Both the position numbers and the translations under genes were made by a program. 64,000 bases of DNA from Candidatus Aminicenantes bacterium (GTDB lineage: Bacteria; Acidobacteriota; Aminicenantia; Aminicenantales; Saccharicenantaceae), in NCBI GenBank assembly GCA_026393975.1, contig JAPKZD010000003.1, positions 254,858-318,857 on the forward strand. Direction: 5' to 3'. Shown here piece by piece: positions 29,527-37,824 of the stretch (position 1 is the first letter of the stretch; every line of letters begins with the position of its first letter). Below the pieces are notes generated by a model. It had not been told where the DNA came from and did not search any database. It saw nothing but the letters and a program-made list of their open reading frames with translations.

Positions 29527-31581
29527 ATGAACATCAAGAGCTCGGTCCTGCTTGCCCTTTGCTTCGGGCTGGCCCTTCTGACCGCCGGATGCAAGAAAAC
29601 GGAACCCGCGCCGGCCGCGGCCGCTCTGGAGTTCGGCTGGCAGATCGACCAGTTCGCCGACCTGAGGATCCTGCGCTACCAGGTCCCCGGGTTCGAGGCG
29701 CTCACGCCATCCCAGAAAGAGCTGGTCTATGACCTGAGCGAGGCCGCCCTCTGCGGCCGCGACATTATCTTCGACCAGAATTACAAGCACAACATCAAGA
29801 TCCTCCGGACCCTCGACGCGATCGTCGAGGGCTACAAGGGCGACAAGAACGATCCCCGCTGGACCAAGTTCATGACCTTCGTCAAGAGGGTCTGGTTCTC
29901 CAACGGCATCCACCACCACTATTCCACGGACAAGATCAAGCCGGGGTTCGACGCCGACTATTTCGCGGCCCTGGTCAAGGGGTCGGAGGGCGTGACTTTT
30001 CCTCTCGCCCAAGGGCAGTCGGTCGACGATTTCCTGGCCTTCCTGCGGCCCATCCTCTTCGACCCGGCCGTCGACGCCAAGAAGGTCTCCCAGGATTCAT
30101 CGAAGGACCTTGTCGTGAATTCGGCCGTCAATTTCTATGAGGGCGTCACCCAGGCCGAAGTCGAGGCCTACTACAAGGGCATCGTCGACGAGAAAGACGC
30201 GACGCCGATCTCCTACGGCCTGAACACCCGGATCGTCAAGAAGGACGGCAAGGTCGTCGAGCAGGTCGCCTCCCTCGACGGCCTCTACGGGCCGGCCATC
30301 GCCAAGATCGTCTATTGGCTTGAAAAAGCGGCCGGCGTGGCCGAGAACGACCGGCAGAAGAAGGTCATCGAAGCCCTGATCGCCTACTACAAAACGGGCG
30401 ACCTGGAGAAGTTCGACGAGTACAACATCCTCTGGGTCGAGGACACCGTTTCGCTCGTCGATTTCGTCAACGGTTTCATCGAAGTCTACAACGACCCGCT
30501 GGGGACGAAGGCCAACTGGGAGTCGCTCGTCAACTTCAAGGACCTGGCTGCCACGAAGCGGGCCGATGCGCTTTCAGCCAACGCCCAATGGTTCGAGGAC
30601 AACTCGCCCATCGACCCGCGCTATAAGAAAAAGGAAGTCAAGGGCGTTTCGGCCAAGGTCATCACGGCGGCCATTCTCGGCGGCGACTGCTATCCTTCGA
30701 CGCCCATCGGCATCAACCTGCCCAACGCCAACTGGATCCGCAAGGAATACGGCTCGAAGTCGGTGACCATCGAGAACATCACCTACGCCTACGACCAGTC
30801 CTCGCTCAAGTCGGGGTTCGGCAAGGAATTCTCCTGGTCGGACGAGGTCCTCGAGAGGGCCAAGAAGTACGGGCCCCTGGCCGGGAACATCCACACCGAT
30901 ATGCACGAGGTCCTCGGGCACGGATCGGGCCAGCTCATGCCCGGCGTCGGGCCGGAGTCGCTGAAGAACTACCACTCGCCGATCGAGGAGTCGCGGGCCG
31001 ACCTCTTTGCCCTCTACTACATCATGGACGAGAAGATGGTCGAACTCGGCCTTTTGCCCCACATGGACGCGGCCAAGGCGGAATACGACGCCGACATCCG
31101 CAACGGGCTGATGACCCAGCTCACCCGGATCGAGCCGGGCAAGACGATCGACCAGGCCCACATGCGCGGCCGGGCCATGGTCTCCCACTGGGTCTACGAG
31201 AAAGGCAAGGCCGAGAACGTCATCTCGCGAGAAACGAAAGACGGAAAGACGTTCTTCGTCGTCAACGACTACCAGAAACTGCGCCGGCTCTACGGCCGGC
31301 TCCTGGCCGAGGTTCAGCGGATCACGAGCGAAGGGGACTATGAGGGAGCGCGGAACCTCATCGAGACCTACGGCGTCCAGGTCGACCAGGAACTGCACAA
31401 GGAAGTGCTCGGTCGGTACGCCAAGCTGAACCTGGCGCCCTACAGCGGCTTCGTCAACCCGGTCTACACGCCGGTCATCGAGAACGGCAGGATCGTCGAC
31501 GTCACGGTCTCCTACACCGAGGGCTACGTCGAACAGATGCTGAGGTACGGAAAGGCCTATGCGTTCTTACCGGCGATATAG
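29527..31581 (+). CDS. Dipeptidyl-peptidase III (M49), lipoprotein
   Basis: Lipobox LTAG-C, GINLPNA.WIR, HEVLGHGSG (HExxGH), IEESRADL and QAHM. The start is placed at ATG 29527. Confidence 0.92.
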   Translation: MNIKSSVLLALCFGLALLTAGCKKTEPAPAAAALEFGWQIDQFADLRILRYQVPGFEALTPSQKELVYDLSEAALCGRDIIFDQNYKHNIKILRTLDAIVEGYKGDKNDPRWTKFMTFVKRVWFSNGIHHHYSTDKIKPGFDADYFAALVKGSEGVTFPLAQGQSVDDFLAFLRPILFDPAVDAKKVSQDSSKDLVVNSAVNFYEGVTQAEVEAYYKGIVDEKDATPISYGLNTRIVKKDGKVVEQVASLDGLYGPAIAKIVYWLEKAAGVAENDRQKKVIEALIAYYKTGDLEKFDEYNILWVEDTVSLVDFVNGFIEVYNDPLGTKANWESLVNFKDLAATKRADALSANAQWFEDNSPIDPRYKKKEVKGVSAKVITAAILGGDCYPSTPIGINLPNANWIRKEYGSKSVTIENITYAYDQSSLKSGFGKEFSWSDEVLERAKKYGPLAGNIHTDMHEVLGHGSGQLMPGVGPESLKNYHSPIEESRADLFALYYIMDEKMVELGLLPHMDAAKAEYDADIRNGLMTQLTRIEPGKTIDQAHMRGRAMVSHWVYEKGKAENVISRETKDGKTFFVVNDYQKLRRLYGRLLAEVQRITSEGDYEGARNLIETYGVQVDQELHKEVLGRYAKLNLAPYSGFVNPVYTPVIENGRIVDVTVSYTEGYVEQMLRYGKAYAFLPAI

Positions 31582-31662
31582 GCCTCCTAAGCCGAAAGGC
31601 GGCCGAGAAAGACCTTGCGAATCGTCCGGCTTCCTAATAATTTGATGACATAATCAGGAGGG

Positions 31663-31926
31663 ATGATGGAAGAAGAGATCGGACACATCACGCATTACTT
31701 CCCCAAGGTCGGCGTCGCTTTGATCGAGATTACGGCCGGAAGCCTGAAGATCGGGGAGACCATCCGCGTCAAAGGACACACCAGCGATTTCACGCAGACG
31801 GTGGAGTCGTTGCGGCAGGAGAATCTGCCGGTCCCGGAGGTCAAGCAGGGCGTCTCGGCCGGCATGAAGGTGAAGGAGCACGTCCGGGAAGGCGACCGGG
31901 TTTATAAGATCAAGGAAGGCACCTGA
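31663..31926 (+). CDS. Small beta-barrel protein (translation-elongation-factor-domain-II-like / U32 C-terminal-like)
   Basis: IGHITHYFPKVGVA...L.IG.TI..KG.T.DF.Q.VES...G.KV.E.VREGD.VYK. AGGAGG SD. Confidence 0.8.
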   Translation: MMEEEIGHITHYFPKVGVALIEITAGSLKIGETIRVKGHTSDFTQTVESLRQENLPVPEVKQGVSAGMKVKEHVREGDRVYKIKEGT

Positions 31927-32055
31927 GCCCGCGCCTATTTGCTCGCGGCGCTCCGGCGCCGACGGCGTGCTGGGATCCGGTGATGGAGCGGGCCCTGCTC
32001 TTCTTGGAAAAGAAATAAGAACTGCGTTCCCCTGTTCGCGGGACAGAAAAAAAAA

Positions 32056-32139
32056 TGCCCAGGGCGGGACTTGAACCCGCATGGCCTTACAGCCGCGACA
32101 TTTTAAGTGTCGTGCGTATGCCTATTCCGCCACCTGGGC
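32056..32139 (-). tRNA. tRNA-Leu (TAA)
   Basis: GCCCAGG stem, anticodon arm CGACA-CTTAAAA-TGTCG, long variable arm, T-loop TTCAAGT, 84 nt. Confidence 0.95.
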
Positions 32140-32263
32140 TCGTTTTCACCCACGATGAGCCGGCCGCAAGCTAGGGTTTTCAATCCGTATCGAATAGCCC
32201 ATTTGATTATATGATAGGGGCGACCCAAAGACAACGGAAGTCCTCGGAAAGAGGAAGAGAGGA

Positions 32264-32292
32264 TTGACAAGACCCCCCGGCGGGGATATCTT
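32264..32292 (+). promoter_or_regulatory. sigma70 promoter of the methyltransferase-MTHFR pair
   Basis: TTGACA-17 nt-TATCTT, followed by an AAGGAG SD. Confidence 0.6.
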
Positions 32293-32317
32293 CGTCCCGA
32301 AAAGGAGCGATTCCGCC

Positions 32318-33193
32318 ATGGCCATTCCCGGGTTGACGATCATTGGTGAGTCGATCAACGACTCCGTGCCCTCGACGAAGAAGCTGTTCGACGAGAACGA
32401 CGTTCCCGGCCTGCTCGAGCTGGCCCGGAACCAGGATGAGAAGGGCGCCGCCTACATCGACGTGAACGTGGGGGCGCGGTCGCCCGAGTTCATGGCCGAC
32501 CTGGTCCGCCGGATCCAAACGATCACGGCCAAGCCCCTGTCCATCGACACGCCGGACCCGGCCATCGCCGAGGCCGGTCTCCGGGCCTACGACCCCGAAA
32601 GGGCCGGCGGGCGGAAGCCGATCCTGAACTCGATCTCGGCGCTTCGCCTCCAGATGTTCGACCTCTGGGCGGTCCGGCCGTTCATGCCCATTCTCATGGC
32701 CTCGGAGCGGTTCGAGAGCGGCGCGAGCTGCGCCAACGCCAACCGGACCGCGGAGGAGACCCGGCGAACGGCCCGGGCCCTGCTCGAGGAGGCCCAGCGG
32801 CGGACCCCCGGCTTCATGAACGGCCAGGCCGTCATCGACCCGGGGATCGCCCCGATCGGGAGCGACTGCGAGGGTCAGCTCAGGCGCGTCCTGGAGTCCC
32901 TCGCCCTCATCCACGCCGACCCCTTCTTCACCGGCGTCCACATGTCGGTGGGGCTGAGCAACTTCACGGTCATGCTCCCCTCAAAGCGGGCGGATGGGTC
33001 GCCGGTGAAAGGACCCCTGGAGAGCGCCTTCCTGACCCTGGCCATGCCCCGCGGCCTCGATACGATCATCGGCTCGACGGTCCGCAAGTACGAGATCTTG
33101 CCGGCGGGCCATCCGGCCCTGGCCTGCCTCGAGGACATCCTGAAGCTCGAGGGCTTCGACACGCTCATGCGGCTCAAGGAATTCTATGCCTGA
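32318..33193 (+). CDS. Pterin-binding (DHPS-fold) methyltransferase, AcsE / MetH-folate-domain-like
   Basis: IIGESIN, GAAYIDVNVG, PLSIDT, ILNSIS, IDPG and GLSNF. The start is ATG 32318. Confidence 0.85.
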   Translation: MAIPGLTIIGESINDSVPSTKKLFDENDVPGLLELARNQDEKGAAYIDVNVGARSPEFMADLVRRIQTITAKPLSIDTPDPAIAEAGLRAYDPERAGGRKPILNSISALRLQMFDLWAVRPFMPILMASERFESGASCANANRTAEETRRTARALLEEAQRRTPGFMNGQAVIDPGIAPIGSDCEGQLRRVLESLALIHADPFFTGVHMSVGLSNFTVMLPSKRADGSPVKGPLESAFLTLAMPRGLDTIIGSTVRKYEILPAGHPALACLEDILKLEGFDTLMRLKEFYA

Positions 33194-33989
33194 GTCGGCC
33201 GTGCGGCGTCACATCGAGAACAAGATCTTTCACGTCGAGCTCCAGACTCCCAAGCGGAACTCCGAGGACATCGAAAAAGACCTCCGGACCTTCGAGGAGA
33301 AATACCGGAAGGTCGTGGAGGCGGGCTGGATCGTCTGCATCACGGACAACCCCATGGGCCTGCTGAGCTACGGGGCCGCCGAGACCGTCGAGCTCTTGGG
33401 ACTGCCCGTCCATCCGGAACAGCTGATGGTCCACCTCAACACGTTCCACCCCAAGAAGGAGCTCGACGAGATCCTCGCCGCGTTCATGGCGACCGGCGGC
33501 AAGGACCTGCTGGTCGTCTCCGGCGACGGCAGCCAGCGGCTCCACCGGCTCGAGCCGGCCGAGATCGGCGTCGAAGCGGTGACCGTGACGTCGGTCGAGC
33601 TCCTCCGCTACATCGACCGGGAGTACCCCGGCAAATTCACGTGCGGCGTCGCCTTTAATCCCTACGAGCCGCAGGACTCGGAGCTCGAGAAGATGGGGCG
33701 GAAGGTGGACGCCGGAGCGGCCTTCATCATCACCCAGCCGATTATCGGCCGCGACGAGAGGCTGACGGGGCTCGAGCCGTTCCCTCTGCCGGTCATCCTC
33801 GACGCTTGGATGTCGAAGAAGCTCCACCTCCTCTCCGAATGCGTCGGCCACGAGATCCCCGAAGGGACGCCCTACGACCCCATGGAGAACCTGAAGGAGC
33901 TGCGGAGGAACTACCCGGACTACGGGCTCTACCTGGCCATCCTGGGCTTCAAGACCCAGTACCCCCTCCTCCAGGAGATCTGGAAGTGA
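33186..33989 (+). CDS. Methylenetetrahydrofolate reductase (MetF)-like FAD protein
   Basis: ITDNPMG, HLNT, LLVVSGD, GVAFNPY and KVDAGAAFIITQP. Overlaps the upstream gene by 8 nt. Confidence 0.8.
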   Translation: MPESAVRRHIENKIFHVELQTPKRNSEDIEKDLRTFEEKYRKVVEAGWIVCITDNPMGLLSYGAAETVELLGLPVHPEQLMVHLNTFHPKKELDEILAAFMATGGKDLLVVSGDGSQRLHRLEPAEIGVEAVTVTSVELLRYIDREYPGKFTCGVAFNPYEPQDSELEKMGRKVDAGAAFIITQPIIGRDERLTGLEPFPLPVILDAWMSKKLHLLSECVGHEIPEGTPYDPMENLKELRRNYPDYGLYLAILGFKTQYPLLQEIWK

Positions 33990-34063
33990 GTTCGGGGAAA
34001 CCGATGTCTGCCCTCTATTACGACGTCGACCTCGAGGTCGCCCGCGACGTCCGGAGGTGATAA

Positions 34064-35176
34064 ATGGCCGCTCAACCCGCTGTCCTGCCTTCCGTCAAAG
34101 AGCGTTTCCTCTCCCTCGACTTCTTCCGGGGCCTGACGATGTTCCTCCTGATCGGGGAGAGCACCCTTCTTTACGAGCACTTCCGGGACCCGGGGCTGGC
34201 CGGGACACTCCTCCACGCGATCGGGACGCAGCTCGACCATCATCCCTGGGCCGGATTGCGTTTCTGGGACCTTGTCCAGCCGTTTTTCATGTTCATCGTC
34301 GGCGTCGCCCTGGCCTTTTCCGTGGCCAAGCGCGAAGAGCGCGGTGAAAGCCGGGCCGAGACTACCCGGCATGCCGTCGTCCGGGCGTTCGTCCTGCTTT
34401 TTCTCGGATGGGCGCTCTACTGCATCGGGCCGGGCCGCATCACCTTCCGTTTCCAAAACGTCCTGGCCCAGCTCGGCGTGACCTATGCCATCGCCTATTT
34501 CCTGATGAGACGGCGGCCGCGGACGCAGATCGCCTGGAGCTTCGCCTTCATCATCCTCACCGAGGTCATCTACCGCGTCTTCTGGGTCCCGGGGTACAAC
34601 CAGCCCTTCGTCCCGGATCACAACTTTGGATCGTGGGTGGACATGCTCATCTCGGGCGAGCTCTCATCGGGCCACTGGGTAGCGTTCAACGCCATCCCGA
34701 CGGCGGCCCACACGATCTGGGGCGTGCTCGCCGGTCAATGGCTTATGAGCGGCCGGACGCCTCGAAAGAAGATCGCGTTGTTGGCGGGCCTCGGCGCGGC
34801 CGGCGTCGCCGCCGGCTTCGCCCTGACCGCTGTCTCACCGATGATCAAGCGCATCTGCACGAGCTCGTTCGTCGTCGCCAGCGGCGGTTTTTGCCTCTTG
34901 GCGCTCGCCTTCTCCTACTGGCTCATCGATGTCCGCAAGTTCAGGAAGTGGGCCGTCTTCCTCAACATCGTCGGCATGAACTCCCTGTTCATCTACTTGT
35001 TCACGGAGAGCGGGGGAACGTCGTGGGTCACGAGACTCGTCCAGCCGTTCACGATGGGACTCCTCGGCTGGACGGGTGCCCTCTCCGGGGCGATCGTCAC
35101 CAGCCTGGCTGCCTGGGCGGTCCTCTGGTCGATGTGCTTCTGGCTCTATCGGAGGAAGATCCTCATAAGGATCTAG
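34064..35176 (+). CDS. Heparan-alpha-glucosaminide N-acetyltransferase-like (DUF5009/DUF1624) membrane protein
   Basis: R.LSLD.FRGLTM, QL.HH.W.G..FWDLVQPFFMFIVG and MIKRICTSSF, with multiple TM helices. Confidence 0.88.
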   Translation: MAAQPAVLPSVKERFLSLDFFRGLTMFLLIGESTLLYEHFRDPGLAGTLLHAIGTQLDHHPWAGLRFWDLVQPFFMFIVGVALAFSVAKREERGESRAETTRHAVVRAFVLLFLGWALYCIGPGRITFRFQNVLAQLGVTYAIAYFLMRRRPRTQIAWSFAFIILTEVIYRVFWVPGYNQPFVPDHNFGSWVDMLISGELSSGHWVAFNAIPTAAHTIWGVLAGQWLMSGRTPRKKIALLAGLGAAGVAAGFALTAVSPMIKRICTSSFVVASGGFCLLALAFSYWLIDVRKFRKWAVFLNIVGMNSLFIYLFTESGGTSWVTRLVQPFTMGLLGWTGALSGAIVTSLAAWAVLWSMCFWLYRRKILIRI

Positions 35177-37253
35177 GAAGGCTCGGGACCGGCGGTGCGG
35201 CGAGGTCGGGCCTGGCGTCGCCGAAAATGTAGTGGTTGAACCAGGCCAGATTGTGCTCCATCACGGCCCGCATCGACTTCGGCTTGGTGATGCCGTGCCC
35301 GTAGCCCTTGTAGACGACCATTTCGACGGGGACGCCGCGGTCCTCGAGTCCCTGGCGCAGTTCGTAGGCATTGGGAATGGGGACGCGCCTGTCGAACTCG
35401 CCGTGCTGGATGAGGGTCGGCGTCGCCGCCTTCTTGATGTAGGTCATGGGCGAAGTCTTGGCGTAGATCGCCGGGTCGTCGGCCGGGTCGTCGCCGAGAT
35501 AATTGATGGTGAAAGGTGTGATGTCGGTGTTGTAGTAGTAGGTTGCCCAGTTCGAGATCCCTGCCCCGACAGAGATGGCCCTGAACGCCCGCGTCGAGGT
35601 CGTCAGGAAGGCGGAGATGTAGCCGCCTTGGCTCCAGCCCATGCAGCCGACGCGACTCGCGTCCACCCAGCCCTTCTTGACCAGGTGGTCGACGCCCGAG
35701 AGGACGTCCCAAGCGTCACCGACGCCGAGGTTGCGGTAGTTGAGCGTCCGGAACTTCACCCCGTAGCCGACGCTGCCCCGGTAGTTGACCTTGAGGATGA
35801 GGGCGCCGCGGGCGGCCCAAATGTCCGAGGGGTAGTAGCGCGAATCGCCGCTGAGGAGCGCCGGCCGGTCGACGCTCGTCGGGCCGCCGTGGATGACGCA
35901 GAGCAAGGCGTACTTCTTCGCCGGGTCGAAATCGGCCGGCTTGATGAGGACGCCCTCGATCACCGTTCCGTCCTTGCTCTTCCAGGAAATGACCTCCCGC
36001 GTCCCCAGGACGAACGCCTCAACCTGTTCGGTCATCCGGGTCAGGGCGCGCGCCTTGAAGGGGAACTCCGAGACGCAGATTTCGGAAAGCGTTGTGGGCG
36101 AGGCGGCCGTGAAGGCCAGGCGTTTCCCGTCCCGGGAGAAACTGAAGCCCGAGACGATCGCGTCGTCGGGCGCGCTGAGCCGGGCGATCTGGAGCGACTC
36201 CAAGTCGAGCCGGTAGAGATGCGCGGCGGTCTTTTGCATGCCTGAGAAGTAGATGCCGTCAGCGTTCCAGGCGACGGCGCTGGGGTTCTCGTCGAAGGCG
36301 CCGGTCAGCGGCCGGATGGGGCCGCCGTCGGCGGGGACGAGGGCCAGGCCGATGTTCCGGGCGAAGTAATCGAGCCGGCCGCCGGCGCTCGAGAAGAGGA
36401 TCGATCGGCCATCGGGCGACCAGAGAGGGGAGGAGTCGGGGCCGGGCTGGGCGACGATCTTCCTAACGGTGTCTCCGGCCAGGTCGAGGACGTAGATGTC
36501 CGACGTCCCGCCGTTGATGAGGTCGGGGTTGAGCGCGGCGCTAAAGGCGATCCTCTTCCCATCGGGCGACCAGTCGAATCCGCCGACGGTGAAGGCTTTC
36601 CCGCTCGTCCGGCGCCGGCCGGCCCCGGGCGCGCTCAGGGCTTCGGCCACGTCGACGGTCCAGAGGTGCGTGTGCGTGTATTCGCGGCGAACGACCTCGT
36701 AGTCGCCGTAATAGTCCTTCCGGTCTTTGGATTCCTTGGTACCAGGGTCGGCCGCGGTGAAGGCGATCGTCTTGCCGTCGGGGGACCAGTCGAATCCTCC
36801 GACCCCGGTCTCGGACTTGGTCAGCTGGACCGCTTCGCCGCCGTCGGGGCTGATGACGAAGAGCTGGGATTTGTCGTCGACGCGGCTCGAGGTGAAGGCC
36901 AGCGAACGGCCGTCGGGCGACCAAGCCGGTCCGGAGGAGGACTTCTTGCCGCGGGTGAGCTGGACCGTCTTCCCGGAGGCGACGTCGACCAGCCAGATCT
37001 GGGTGACGTAGGCGTCCTGTTCCATGTCGGTCTCCGTGACGGTGTAGGCGACCCGCGTCCCGTCGGGCGAGATGCGCGCGCCGCCCACAGACTTCAGGGC
37101 CATCAGGTCTTCAATCGTCGGGACGCGCTTTGAGGTCTCTCTGCCCGATGCGGCGGCCGTCGTTTGGGCGGCCGGGACCGCTGCCGTCATAAGAGTGCCG
37201 GATATTACGGCGATGATGAACCCGCCGAGCAGAATCCGTGTTTTTCGCCGCAT
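35163..37253 (-). CDS. Secreted S9 prolyl oligopeptidase / acylaminoacyl peptidase
   Basis: PD40-like WSPDG repeats, IHGGP, GWSQGG (Ser), HGEFD (Asp) and GHG (His). The start is ATG 37253 with a GAGGAGG SD. Confidence 0.93.
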   Translation of the reverse strand: MRRKTRILLGGFIIAVISGTLMTAAVPAAQTTAAASGRETSKRVPTIEDLMALKSVGGARISPDGTRVAYTVTETDMEQDAYVTQIWLVDVASGKTVQLTRGKKSSSGPAWSPDGRSLAFTSSRVDDKSQLFVISPDGGEAVQLTKSETGVGGFDWSPDGKTIAFTAADPGTKESKDRKDYYGDYEVVRREYTHTHLWTVDVAEALSAPGAGRRRTSGKAFTVGGFDWSPDGKRIAFSAALNPDLINGGTSDIYVLDLAGDTVRKIVAQPGPDSSPLWSPDGRSILFSSAGGRLDYFARNIGLALVPADGGPIRPLTGAFDENPSAVAWNADGIYFSGMQKTAAHLYRLDLESLQIARLSAPDDAIVSGFSFSRDGKRLAFTAASPTTLSEICVSEFPFKARALTRMTEQVEAFVLGTREVISWKSKDGTVIEGVLIKPADFDPAKKYALLCVIHGGPTSVDRPALLSGDSRYYPSDIWAARGALILKVNYRGSVGYGVKFRTLNYRNLGVGDAWDVLSGVDHLVKKGWVDASRVGCMGWSQGGYISAFLTTSTRAFRAISVGAGISNWATYYYNTDITPFTINYLGDDPADDPAIYAKTSPMTYIKKAATPTLIQHGEFDRRVPIPNAYELRQGLEDRGVPVEMVVYKGYGHGITKPKSMRAVMEHNLAWFNHYIFGDARPDLAAPPVPSLPRSL

Positions 37254-37366
37254 GAAGGACCTCCTCGAATGAAAACGGTTCATGTTCCTGACCCGAGCCT
37301 TTATCCTACGACAGGACATCCGATAGGACAAGGCCCGGGGTCATCGTACTTGAGGAAGGGGAGGTC

Positions 37367-37680
37367 TTACTCCGGAAATCTGAAGAAGAGCTTGATGTAC
37401 TCCATGTTCAGCGCCAGAAGTCTTTTGCAGTCTTCCGTCGCCCCGGCCGTCCCAACCCTTCCGCTTGCCGGGTGTATTCGAGGTAATTCTGGAGGGCTTC
37501 GACGTATTTTCCGTCCCGGTCGTACCTCTCCGCGTTCTCCTTGGCCGCCAGCCATTTGTCATAGGATATGGCTTGACGGTCAGCTGCCGTCTGCGTCGGT
37601 TCCTGGCGTGGGGAGGCGAGGATCGTTCCCATGGCCGCGGCCATGAACACAGGTAATACCCAAGACACGGCTTTGCTCAT
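37367..37680 (-). pseudogene. Small secreted helical protein, frameshifted or internally deleted
   Basis: MSKAVSWVLPVFMAAAMGTILA signal and YDKWLAAKENAERY...YLEYTRQAEGLGRP in one frame. A coding-like tail ATEDCKRLLALNMEYIKLFFRFPE* lies in another frame. Confidence 0.45.
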
Positions 37681-37824
37681 TTTAAGAATACGATTCTCAT
37701 CAAATTTGTCGGAATGGGGCGGCGGATATTGAATCTTCCGGGGAACCGGCCGCGGTCCCGGATTGACAGCCGGTGTGGAAAAATGAAAAAATCCTTCTCT
37801 TAATCCATAAAGGAGAGGTGGCGC

